Part shown: positions 1 through 11,250 of the stretch, piece by piece
How the letters are laid out: each line of letters opens with the position of its first letter
Numbering within the stretch: position 1 is the stretch's first letter
Assembly (NCBI RefSeq): GCF_001194135.2
Contig: NC_069008.1
Location: 17,744,054-17,782,316 of the forward strand
DNA: 38,263 bases
Source: Octopus bimaculoides
Taxonomy: Eukaryota
Direction of reading: 5' to 3'
The notes under the pieces: model-generated
What the model saw: the letters and a program-made list of their open reading frames with translations, nothing else
Told to the model about the DNA's origin: nothing
Database searches by the model: none
Program-made: the position numbers and the translations under genes

Positions 1-689
1 GGTGGTGGTGATTTATAATTGAAGACAGTGATGATGATGATGATGATGATGATGGGGGGGGGTATTGATGACCCAGGGGATGACAAGAGCAATGAGGATG
101 GTTGCAGTAGTGATGAAGGTTGGCGGGGATGGTGACTAGAAGGATGATAGGGGAGGTGGTGGTGGTGGTGGTGGGAGTGGAAAAGGTTAATGGTACAATG
201 GTGGTGGTGGTAGTGGTGGTGGTGTGGTAGTGATGATAATGATGGTAGTAGCTGTGGTGGCAGTGGTGGTGGTGGCGGTGATGACGGTTGTGGTGGTGAT
301 GATGGTGGTGATGACGGTGGTAGTGGTGGTGATGATAACGGTGGTGGTGGTGATGACAATGATGGGTGACGAGGACAGTGGAGGTGGTGGAGATATGATG
401 CGTGACGTGGTGGAACAGGTTGGTGTTGGGCATCATGGTCGTGGTGGACGATGACGATGTAGATGGCACTGACAGCCTGCAACAGACCGACCGGAACAAC
501 AAAACAAGGCTGGGTGATGGTAAGGCAAAGAGAAGGGGGCAGGTGGAAGAAAGAAAATGTCACCAGTTATGGAGAGGAGCAGAGCACAACTGGTGTGTTT
601 ATGGCTGATAATGTGTTTTGTTGTTTAGGTTGGGAAACAAACAATGAGGCGAATCATCAGCTACAATAGAGCAACAACAACAACTGGGG

Positions 690-844
690 AGCAGGAGTGG
701 TTGTGTGGTTAAGGAGATAGTTTCCAAATCTTGTAGCCTTGGGTTCAGTCCCACTGAGTGGCATGTTTCTGCAAGCGTCTTCTACGAAGGCTACAAAGCA
801 ATCCGAGTGGGTTATTTTGTAGATGGAAACTGAAAGAAGCCCAG

Positions 845-846
<2 letters not shown>
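690..846 (+). mobile_element. tRNA-derived SINE family A, 5' half, diverged
   Basis: Head GGAGTGGTTGTGTGG...GGTTCAGTCCCACTG and central GTAGATGGAAACTGAAAGAAGCC, matching the full copy at 2284-2691. Confidence 0.85.
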
Positions 847-882
<36 letters not shown>

Positions 883-914
883 TGTGTGTAAGAGGTTTGT
901 TTCCCAGCTACGTA

Positions 915-1027
915 GTTGGCCCTGGGTTAAATTATAATAGAAGACACTTGCCCAAGGTTGTACACAGTGGAACTGAACCCAGAACCATGTGGTTGGGAAG
1001 CAAACTTCTTACCACACAACCACATCT
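915..1027 (-). mobile_element. SINE family A head fragment
   Basis: Reverse complement of the family A head (agaagacacttgcccaagg...ctgaacccagaaccatgtggttgggaagc). Confidence 0.85.
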
Positions 1028-1029
1028 TC

Positions 1030-2283
<1,254 letters not shown>

Positions 2284-2691
2284 AGGCGTAGGAGTGGCTG
2301 TGTGGTAAGTAGCTAGCTTACCAACCACATGGTCCCGGGTTCAGTCCCACTGCGCGGCACCTTGGGCAAGTGTTTTCTACTATAGCCTCGGGCCGACCAA
2401 AGCCTTGTGAGTGGATTTGGTAGACGGAAACTGAAAGAAGCCCGTCGTATATATATATATATGTATGTGTGTGTGTATGTTTGTATGTGTGTGTTTGTCC
2501 CCCCAACATCGCTTGACAACCGATGCTGGTGTATTTATGTCCCCGTAACTTAGCGGTTCGGCAAAAGAGACCGATAGAATAAGTACTAGGCTTCTAAAGA
2601 ATAAGTCCTGGGGTCGATTTGCTCGACTAAAAGGCGGTGCTCCAGCATGGCCACAGTCAAAAGACTGAAACAAGTAAAAGAGTAAAAGAGT
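2284..2691 (+). mobile_element. Full-length tRNA-derived SINE family A (reference copy in this window)
   Basis: Pol III box A-like TGGCTGTGTGG, box B-like GGTTCAGTCCC, central domain, internal TA/TG microsatellite, 3' body and GTAAAAGA-repeat tail; more than 15 related copies in the window. Confidence 0.92.
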
Positions 2692-3149
2692 ATATATATA
2701 TACGCACACACACATACACACACTCACTATTTTAGAAAGAGAAAATGAAGGAGAGACAGACGGAGAAATAAAGATGGGGGGTAGATCGGTGGAGATTTAT
2801 AGGGGGTTCGGAGATAAGATTCCTCAAAGACTTCATTTCAGTCGGCATCATCATCATCATCATCATCATCTTCTGTCTTACTTCAAATGTCTTGTTAATC
2901 AGATGATCTTAATTCTGGAACTAATCCTTCTTCTGCTAACTGTACTGATTAGTACAGTTACCACCCACCACCACCCACCACCACCATCACATACCAACCA
3001 TGACCATCACTACAGTAGCTTTAGCAGCAGAATTGTTGAGTCTTGAGTGTGGCTGTAGCAGAATGGGTGTATATAAGCAGAATAGGTGTATATAAGCAGA
3101 ATGGACTATGTGTGTGTCTTTGCACCTGTGTGTGTGTGTATAATGTATA

Positions 3150-3510
3150 TATCATTGTCATTTAATGTCCATTGTCCATGCTGGTCTGGGTAGGATGGTT
3201 TGGCCATTGCTGGCAAGTTGGGGAGCGGCACCAGGATCTAGTCTGTTCTAACATGGTCCCCATGGCTGGATGCCCTTCTTAACCCCAACCATTTTACAGA
3301 GCGTGCCGAGTGGCTCTTGTGGCGCTGGCACAGGACTCTTGCAGGGGAGCGTCTATGACACTTCCGCTGCAGAGTATGGCTCATCTTGGGGCCCAGCAAG
3401 GCACCAGGCATCTTGGTCCTTTCTCATCTTGTCCGAAATGTTTAGGGCTCTGAGGTTGTCCTTCAGTACTTCGTCATATATATTACATATATCATCCCTT
3501 TTCCTCACAG
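3150..3510 (-). mobile_element. RTE-clade LINE 3' remnant (RT-ORF C-terminus plus 3' UTR), degenerate
   Basis: Minus frame YDEVLKDNLRALNISDKMRKDQDAW parallels WDE...TEAMTGDRDLW of the 17583 copy; the UTR carries the GGATGCCCTTC motif. Confidence 0.75.
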
Positions 3511-3649
3511 AGGCTTGATTGAGTTCCTTTTGAGTGTTGGGCCTCACGGAGGCAACGACCGATGAGGCCTTTGGCATTGTCGGGCTTGAGAAGAAGATAC
3601 GTCAAACCAAGCAAAATTGCAGTTGTGGCAGACACTGGTGTCACACAAA

Positions 3650-3877
3650 TTGGCACCTGTGCCAGTGGCATGTAAACGCACCCCAGTGTCATGCAAATGG
3701 CATGTAAAAAGCACCCATTACACTCTTGGGGTGGTTGCTATTAAGGAGGGCATCCAGCCGTAGGATACCATGCCACATCAGACTGGAGTCTGGTGCAGCC
3801 TTCCAGTGTGCCAGCCCGATCAAGCTGTCCGACCCATGCCAGCATGGACAGTGGAGGTTAAATGATGATGTTGATGA
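3650..3877 (+). mobile_element. RTE LINE 3' UTR fragment with ATG-repeat tail
   Basis: aaggagggcatccagcc ... acccatgccagcatgg ... gttaaatgatgatg, homologous to 17960-18056. Confidence 0.8.
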
Positions 3878-4837
3878 GATGGAGACAGACAGATAGATAA
3901 ATTGATAGATAGATAGGATTGGATAGAGACACACAGACAGAGAGAGAAAGAGAGAGAGACATAGACAAGGATATATAGATATGAACAGACAGAATAAAAA
4001 CGAAGAAAGAAAGAAAGAAAGAAATAATAAAGTGGGGGAAAGGAAGGAAGGGAGGGAGGNNNNNNNNNNNNNNNNNNNNNNNNNNNNNNNNNNNNNNNNN
4101 NNNNNNNNNNNNNNNNNNNNNNNNNNNNNNNNNNNNNNNNNNNNNNNNNNNNNNNNNNNNNNNNNNNNNNNNNNNNNNNNNNNNNNNNNNNNNNNNNNNN
4201 NNNNNNNNNNNNNNNNNNNNNNNNNNNNNNNNNNNNNNNNNNNNNNNNNNNNNNNNNNNNNNNNNNNNNNNNNNNNNNNNNNNNNNNNNNNNNNNNNNNN
4301 NNNNNNNNNNNNNNNNNNNNNNNNNNNNNNNNNNNNNNNNNNNNNNNNNNNNNNNNNNNNNNNNNNNNNNNNNNNNNNNNNNNNNNNNNNNNNNNNNNNN
4401 NNNNNNNNNNNNNNNNNNNNNNNNNNNNNNNNNNNNNNNNNNNNNNNGGAAGGTGCAGGTATGGAGGTGGCTGAGGGGTAGGAAGAGTAGAAGTGAGAGA
4501 GAGAGAGAGAGAGAGACGGACGATGGGAGGAGGGATGAGTGACGGGGTGAGTAAGTGTGTGGAAATGTGAGAGAGGAGCTGTGAGGGTGAGAGGGAGTGA
4601 GAAGTGTCTGAGTGGGAGAATCAGAGAGGGAGAGAGAGAGAGAGAGAGAGAAAGAAAGAGAGTGAGAGAGATGGATACATAAGAATGAGAGAAAGAAAAA
4701 GGTAGTGAGACAAAGAGAGGGAAGAGAAGAGAAACAATAAAGAGAGAGATAGAGCAAGAATGAGAGAAAGAGAGAGAAAAAGAGAGAGAGAGAGAGAAGC
4801 TAGAAGAAACATGCAACACTCACATGAGACATTGAAT

Positions 4838-4941
4838 GGACCCAGGAATAGTAAAAGGCACTTGTCCAAAGAGCCATGAAGTGGGACTGAACCTGGAACC
4901 ATGGGGTTGGGAAGCAAACCCCTTACCACACAAACATGCAT
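4838..4941 (-). mobile_element. SINE family A head fragment
   Basis: gtgggactgaacctggaaccatggggttgggaagcaaaccccttaccacac. Confidence 0.8.
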
Positions 4942-4948
4942 GCATCTT

Positions 4949-4979
<31 letters not shown>

Positions 4980-4991
4980 TTTTTAAAATTT

Positions 4992-5316
4992 TATTTTATT
5001 TGTTTCAGTCATTTGACTGCAGCCATGCTAGAGCACCACCTTTAGTCAAGTAAATCGACTTCAGGACTTATTCTTTGTTAGCCTAGTACTTATTCTATCG
5101 GTATCTTTTTGCCAAACTGCTAAGGTATGGGAACATAAACACACCAACAAATATATATATATAGGACGAGCTTCTTTCGGTTTCCATCTACCAAATCCAC
5201 CCACAAGTCTTTGGTTGGCCTGTGGGTATAGAAGACACTTGCTCAAGGTGCTACGCAGTGGGACTGGACCCAGAACCATGTGGTTGGGAAGCAAGCTTCT
5301 TACCACACAGCCACTG
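4992..5316 (-). mobile_element. Near full-length SINE family A
   Basis: Tail, body, central domain and head all align in reverse complement to 2284-2691. Confidence 0.9.
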
Positions 5317-5432
5317 TGCAGTTAAAGTGCAACAACATAAGTAATTAGAACTCCACGTGTTTGTTTGTACATCGAGAAATAGGAAAATGCAAAGAGAATC
5401 TGTGTTGTTTTTTCATTGAACTTGGTGACTGC

Positions 5433-5490
<58 letters not shown>

Positions 5491-5941
5491 CAAACACATA
5501 TATGCATTCATATACAGATAGATATATGCATGTATGTTCACAAACAATTTTATGTGGATATTTGGATGCATTACAGATACAAGTGTGTGTGAACTCCTGC
5601 GTAAACATAAACAGAAAATACGCAAACATTTACATATACGCACAAAGATACAAGCCAAAACAATACACCATACAAAGACATACACACACAATACACCATA
5701 TATACACTCACACGTAATGCATAGAGTGACACAAGCCAAACAATACTCACATATACACACGCGCAAAGAACAGACCAAACCACACACACACTGCATGCGC
5801 ACCACACAGAGATGGTACAAACAGCTGCAACTTCCACCCTACTGCACATCCATAGATTCTTCCTTAGGCTCGGCTGCACCATAAACCTGTGCATCGTGTT
5901 TGCAATGTTCAAACACAAGCAGCAGCTGCAACTGAACTTAC

Positions 5942-6163
5942 AATGCATGTCTCAGTGGATACAACAACAACAACAAGGTTAAAAGCAAAATACCTGTAAC
6001 GTACTGGGGGATGTGGTGGACCAATTCAATCGACAAAACTGCACTGCCGCCCCCCCCCCATCTATCATTGACTCCTCCTCCTCCACCACCAGTGCCACAG
6101 CAAACTGGCGCTGTACCAAGAGATGATGTATCTCGTTCCTCAGACATCACCTGTTTTCTCGTT
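5942..6163 (-). CDS. Candidate 222-nt coding exon (phase 2-2) of an unidentified minus-strand gene; encodes (R)TRKQVMSEERDTSSLGTAPVCCGTGGGGGGVNDRWGGGGSAVLSIELVHHIPQYVTGILLLTLLLLLYPLRHA, ending in a signal-peptide/anchor-like hydrophobic run
   Basis: Minus strand: U-rich tract ttttgttttgctgtttaccgtttgttctgtcgaag| as acceptor (AAG, a less common type; alternative aacag| at 6151) and donor CATT|GTAAGT at 5941. Lies in unique, GC-richer sequence inside open ORF 5938-6282. No homology search was possible. Confidence 0.4.
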
Positions 6164-6535
6164 CTTCGACAGAACAAACGGTAAACAGCAAAACAAAACT
6201 CTTTCATCCTTTGTACACGACTGTCGAAGTATCTACGACATAGTGCAGCTGGTGCAACTTCTGCGCACGCATATGCATGCAAACTGACATTGTAGACCTA
6301 CATTGCAGTGCTGCACTCGTGCATCTCTGCAGTACAGCTCACATAACCCTTCACAGACCCTCAGGGCATACCCACATAAGTGCGTCCCGCCACATTTTGT
6401 TCCCTCATAACTTTTAGTAAAGCAGAACCCTAAATGAAATTTTCTACAAATGTCTTACAATTATTTCAGACACAAAGAAATTGCAGAGTGCTCACCCAGG
6501 CAGACACGCCACCAATTTTGCCAGCTTGCACCTTT

Positions 6536-6536
<1 letters not shown>

Positions 6537-6572
<36 letters not shown>

Positions 6573-6780
6573 GCCTTTCTATTATAGGGCACAAGGTCCG
6601 AAATTTGGGGGAGGGGGTTTAAGTCGATTCCTTCGACCCCAGTACGCAACTGGTACTTAATTTATTGATCCAAAAAGGATGAAAGGCAAAGTTGACCTCG
6701 GCAGAACATAGCAATGGCTGAAATACAGCTAAGCATTTTGTCCAATGTACTAATGATTCTGGTAGCAGGTCACCTTAATG
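6537..6780 (-). mobile_element. SINE family D with (TTA)n tail
   Basis: Minus strand ...gaggtcaactttgcctttcatcc...taaattaagtaccagttgcgtactggggtcga... ending in a TTA microsatellite; related fragments at 13380-13590, 30005-30115 and 33115-33230. Confidence 0.75.
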
Positions 6781-6784
6781 ATAA

Positions 6785-7173
6785 TTTCATATGTAATAAA
6801 GGGTATGGGTAAAGACCCTCCCTCAGTCATGAATGACCAGGGGATTGCGCCTAGAAAATTCCCCTCCGTGGCACAATTCTGGGCAAGGTTGTTCATGGAA
6901 GAGTAACAGTCACTCATGCATACCAGCCTCCCCTTCTCCACACCACTGATGTTATCCAAGAAAAAGGGTAAAGAGCAAAGGGAAAGGCAAAGGGGCCAAT
7001 ACAGCTTGGCACCAGTGACATCGCAACTCATTTCTACAGCTGAGAGTTAACTGGAGCAATGTGAAATAAAGTGTCTTGCTCAAGAACAGAACATGCAGCC
7101 CAGTCTGAGAGTCGAACTCACAACCACATCATTGCAAGCCCGACTCTCTAACCACTGAGCCATGCACCTTCAC
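6785..7173 (-). mobile_element. tRNA-derived SINE, family C head/core with an alternative 3' tail
   Basis: Box A-like TGGCTCAGTGG and box B-like GAGTTCGACTC. Core ttcttgagcaagacactttatttcacattgctccagt is shared with 20388 and 32682; the 3' part is unrelated to those copies. Confidence 0.8.
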
Positions 7174-7177
7174 TCAT

Positions 7178-7362
7178 ATCATCATCATCATCATCATCGT
7201 TTAACGTCCGCTTTCCATGCTAGCATGGGTTGGACGATTTGACTGAGGACTGGTGAAACCGGATGGCAACACCAGGCTCCAGTCTAATTTGGCAGAGTTT
7301 CTACAGCTGGATGCCCTTCCTAACGCCAACCACTCGGAGAGTGTAGTGGGTGCTTTTACGTG
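7178..7362 (-). mobile_element. Young RTE LINE 3' end, runs into an assembly gap
   Basis: (CAT)n tail plus cgtttaacgtccgctttccatgctagcatgg...ggatgcccttcctaacgccaacc; 3 mismatches in about 165 nt versus 25761-25941. Confidence 0.9.
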
Positions 7363-7970
7363 NNNNNNNNNNNNNNNNNNNNNNNNNNNNNNNNNNNNNN
7401 NNNNNNNNNNNNNNNNNNNNNNNNNNNNNNNNNNNNNNNNNNNNNNNNNNNNNNNNNNNNNNNNNNNNNNNNNNNNNNNNNNNNNNNNNNNNNNNNNNNN
7501 NNNNNNNNNNNNNNNNNNNNCCTCACCACCTCAGCCCAGGTCATATATAACATGAAAATTAAACACTACATAAACAAACTAAGATCATAGTCCTACATTA
7601 CAATACTGTCCATGTGTATCTCGGATGTTACAGCTTATATGACAGCTAATAGCTACACACAGATAAACACACACAAACTAACATTATAAACTTACAACAC
7701 TGTTCTCATGAATCTAAGCGGATACACACACACACACACAAACGTACCAAAATCATAGACCCACGTGACAATACTGCACTCATGTATCTAGGATAGCACG
7801 ACACATATGACCCCCCCAACACACACACACACACACACACACTTGTAACAGGCTCACAATATGGTGTGCATGTATGTAACGTGACATGACTTCAATGACC
7901 ACCACACAAACACAAACTAAGGTTTGACAGACAGACAGACAGACAGACAATCCTCAGCTCATATAATATA

Positions 7971-8189
7971 TATTCTTTTACTCTCTTTTACTTGTTTCAG
8001 TGATTTGACTGTGGCCATGCTGGAGCACCGCCTTTAGTTAAGGAAATCGACCCCAGGACTTATTCTTTGTAAGCCTAGTACTTATTCTATCGGTCTCTTT
8101 TTGCCGAACCTCTAAGTTACGGGGGACGTAAACACACCAGCATCGGTTGTCAAGCGATGTTGGGGGGGACAAACACAGACACACAAACA
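7971..8189 (-). mobile_element. SINE family A 3' half
   Basis: High similarity in reverse complement to 2490-2691. Confidence 0.9.
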
Positions 8190-8368
8190 ATGCAGGATTA
8201 ATTCAAAACAAAGTGTATAAATAAGCATTACTTTAGACAGAGGAATCTGAATGCTAAAGGGTTAAAATAGGGACCACAGGGACCAGTGAAGGAGCTTCTA
8301 TTTAGTCACTTGACCTTACACAATGTAACAGCCAAATGTCCCATCAACAAACTCCCTACTCTCTTTAA

Positions 8369-8584
8369 CCCTTTAACATGTAAACCAGCCATATCTGGAA
8401 CAAATATTCTACCTGTTTTATGTTCAAATTGAACAGATCTGGCCTCTCACACCTACCCTACAATGTCACTCTAAAAATAAACAATCCCATCATTGAAATT
8501 TCAAAACAGGGAGATAAATGCATGATTTTCATTTAAAACAATGTGAATAAATAAGGATTACAGAATAATCTGGATGCTAAAGGG
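8369..8584. mobile_element. piggyBac-type MITE (~216 bp) with TTAA target-site duplication; an extra right-end fragment at ~8190-8261
   Basis: TTAA|CCCTTTAACAT ... ATGCTAAAGGG|TTAA; TTAA TSD and CCC termini are piggyBac hallmarks. Confidence 0.75.
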
Positions 8585-8678
8585 TTAAACGGTGTACACT
8601 CACAGCAGATACTTTAAAAAAGTGTGGGTACTTCAAAGGGGGTAATCTTAGTGTAGGTAACTTAGGAATGTACACTTA

Positions 8679-9170
8679 GTGCAGGTACCATAGGTGGGGG
8701 ACAGTCCGTGCAGGTACTATGAATGGGGGACGGTCAGTGCAAGTACCATGAATGGGGGACGGTCCGTGTAGGTACCATGAATAGGGACGGTCCGTGCAGG
8801 TACCATGATTGGGGATGGTCCGTGCAGGTACCATGAATAGGGACGGTCCGTGCAGGTACCATGAATGGGGATGGTCCGTGTAGATACTATGATTGGCGAC
8901 GGTCCATGTAGGTACTATGATTGGCGACGGTCCATGTAGGTACTATGATTGGGGACAGTCCGTGCAGGTACCATGAATGGGAGATGGTCCGTGCAGGTAC
9001 CATGAATGGGGATGGTCNNNNNNNNNNNNNNNNNNNNNNNNNNNCGTGCAGGTACCATGAATGGGAGATGGTCCGTGCAGGTACCATGAATGGGGATGGT
9101 TTGTGCAGGTACCATGAATGGGAGATGGTCCGTGCAGGTACCATGAATGGGGATGGTCTGTGCAGGTACC
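8679..9170. repeat. 28/29-bp minisatellite (VNTR), about 17 units, consensus CGTGCAGGTACCATGAATGGG(A)GATGGTC
   Basis: Units visible directly; contains a 27-nt N gap; right-hand units alternate 29/28 bp. Confidence 0.95.
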
Positions 9171-9174
9171 TTAC

Positions 9175-9200
9175 CTCATCTTAAATCTACAGTTAAGCAC
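9175..9200 (-). CDS. Candidate 26-nt microexon GTGCTTAACTGTAGATTTAAGATGAG (VLNCRFKM + AG; phase 0-2)
   Basis: Strong acceptor tgttttatgtgttttcttcaattgcag| and strong donor GAG|GTAAGG. Only one frame is open and it is phase-compatible with the 6163-5942 exon. Confidence 0.45.
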
Positions 9201-9250
9201 CTGCAATTGAAGAAAACACATAAAACAGTATATTATTTTGGTTATTTTTG

Positions 9251-9303
9251 ATAATAATAATAATAATAATAATAACAACATTATTATTATTATTATTATT
9301 ATT
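9251..9303. repeat. Inverted microsatellite (AAT)n-AACAAC-(ATT)n, a perfect 23-bp hairpin
   Basis: 9251-9273 is the reverse complement of 9280-9302. Confidence 0.9.
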
Positions 9304-10549
9304 GCATGGCAGTGGTATAAATGAGCCAGTATTTTCAGATGGCAAATATTAGGATGCGAGAGTACACGATACAAGAGTAGGAGCAAGAAAGATGAGGAAA
9401 ACAGGAATGTAGCAGGATGGAAGGAGCAACAGGGGGGGGGCTGAGACACAGGGCCTACAACGCGAGAGGGGAGAAGGGACAGAACAAGGTGGGGAGTACT
9501 GTGAGGCGTGATGGGAGGCTACAAAGTGTGAAGGTGGCTGATGAAGAGCGGTGGGGGGTGGGGGGCACAAAGCGCCATAAGGAACCCAACAGAGCACAAA
9601 ATGAAGTGCTAGGGGGACAACAAAATGAAGTGCTAGGGGACAACAAAGCAAAAGGGGCCAATGGGGGTGGAAGGAGTCTGAAATAAAAAAGATTTGTTTA
9701 AAAGCTGCACAGCAACAGATAAACCACAAAATAGTGCCACGACGACAGCTATGGGCAGCCCATTTCTGAGGCACGGGCCACAGGAGGCGTGGCTCATCAT
9801 CTGATGGACCACACTAATATTAAAAATTTTAATAACCATTTTCTTCGTGAAATTAAGTGTGTCATTCAGAAACTCAAATAGGTCGCAGTTTGCTTGTGGT
9901 TGTCCTATGCCATCCCTCGATCTGCAAGAAATAGCAGTTAAATCCCTTGTCCCATTCTTACTGTCTTAAGAAAGGAACAAGATTTTTGTATCTAGCAGAG
10001 TATAGCCCTGAGCATATTGTGCTTGGAAATAAGATTGGAAAGTGAGGGCTGGTTAACAACAAGGAAGGAACTTGTGTTCATCTTAATGTGCTCTGTATAT
10101 CGTAATTAGTAACACTACTAAGTGCAGTGATTGACTAAAGCACTAAAGTGGAAGCTGACTGGAGGATGATAGTCTATGTGGAGCTCTAACTCAAATGGTA
10201 GTTGTCATACATCTAACTGTACACACAAGATGTAAATACTTACTTTATAGGTTGGATATTGTTGTTTGGGAGAGAGAGAGAGGGTAAGAGAGAGAGTAAG
10301 AGAGAGAAAGTAAGAGAAAGAGAGTAAGAGAGAAAATGAGAGAGGGTGAATAAGTAAGAGAGACAGAGTAACAGAGAGAGAGGATAAATGAGGGAGTGTT
10401 TGAATGTAGAGTAATAAGAATGGGGGAAGAGAGAGAGAGAGAGAGGGAGGAAAGGGTGGCGTAGCAGTGGGGTGGGTGGGTCTAGATAAGTACCACACTA
10501 ACGGGGAGGGTGGTCGGGTGGTGGGTACCTGGTATCTAGAGCTCTCTAA

Positions 10550-10593
<44 letters not shown>

Positions 10594-10659
10594 CCATCAT
10601 ATCATTAAAACGAGGAGGAAAAAAATCACACCCTTTACATGCACACACACACATATATA

Positions 10660-10696
<37 letters not shown>

Positions 10697-11039
10697 ATGT
10701 GCACGTGCATGATGCTGCGTCTACACACCCACATCTTGTCAGTTGCATTACAGGAAAAAGAAAGACAAGACTGCTTGTGACCCGACCTTTTTTGCGACCT
10801 CGGATGACCTCGTCTAACCAGACAACACAACCTTTCTGCCAACCCTGCTTGGGCTGTGAAGTGGTGGGGGGTGAAGAGGATAACTGGGAGGAGGAGAGAG
10901 GGAGAGGGGGAGAGAAAGAAAAAGGCAGAGAGAGAAACATGCAGAGAGAGAGAGAGAGAGAGAGGCAGAGGGGGAGAGAGGGAGAGACAGGCAGAGAGAG
11001 AGAGAGAGAGAGAGAGATTAGATGAGATAGTCTTAGATA

Positions 11040-11250
11040 AACTAGGTCTGAACAAAAGAGGGTAAGACAGGATGGTCATAAATGGTCCTGTTCTGGTCAC
11101 GGGTCTTCTAGGCTACATAACAACAAAGGACATCTGATAAGACATTTAGTTCTGGACACACTTTGTCTGTTGGGATGGCCACAGTTGGAATATTTCTGAA
11201 CTTAGGTCAGCTTGATCAGGACTGACCTACCTGAGATTAATCAACAACAA
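11040..11250 (-). repeat. Unclassified dispersed repeat (family I); related pieces at 24722-24862, 25250-25320, 29565-29660 and 29950-30000
   Basis: Shared motifs aggtcagtcctgatc...gacct and tgaccatc...taaggcatag...tctaggactaca. Confidence 0.55.

Noticed and set aside
2284-2360. tRNA gene-like box A/box B motifs (also 7090-7173, 20388-20460, 32682-32750)
   Set aside because: These are SINE heads; they continue into SINE bodies and lack a full cloverleaf.
8679-9170. CRISPR-like regular repeats
   Set aside because: Units are contiguous with no unique spacers, there are no cas genes and the context is eukaryotic; this is a minisatellite.
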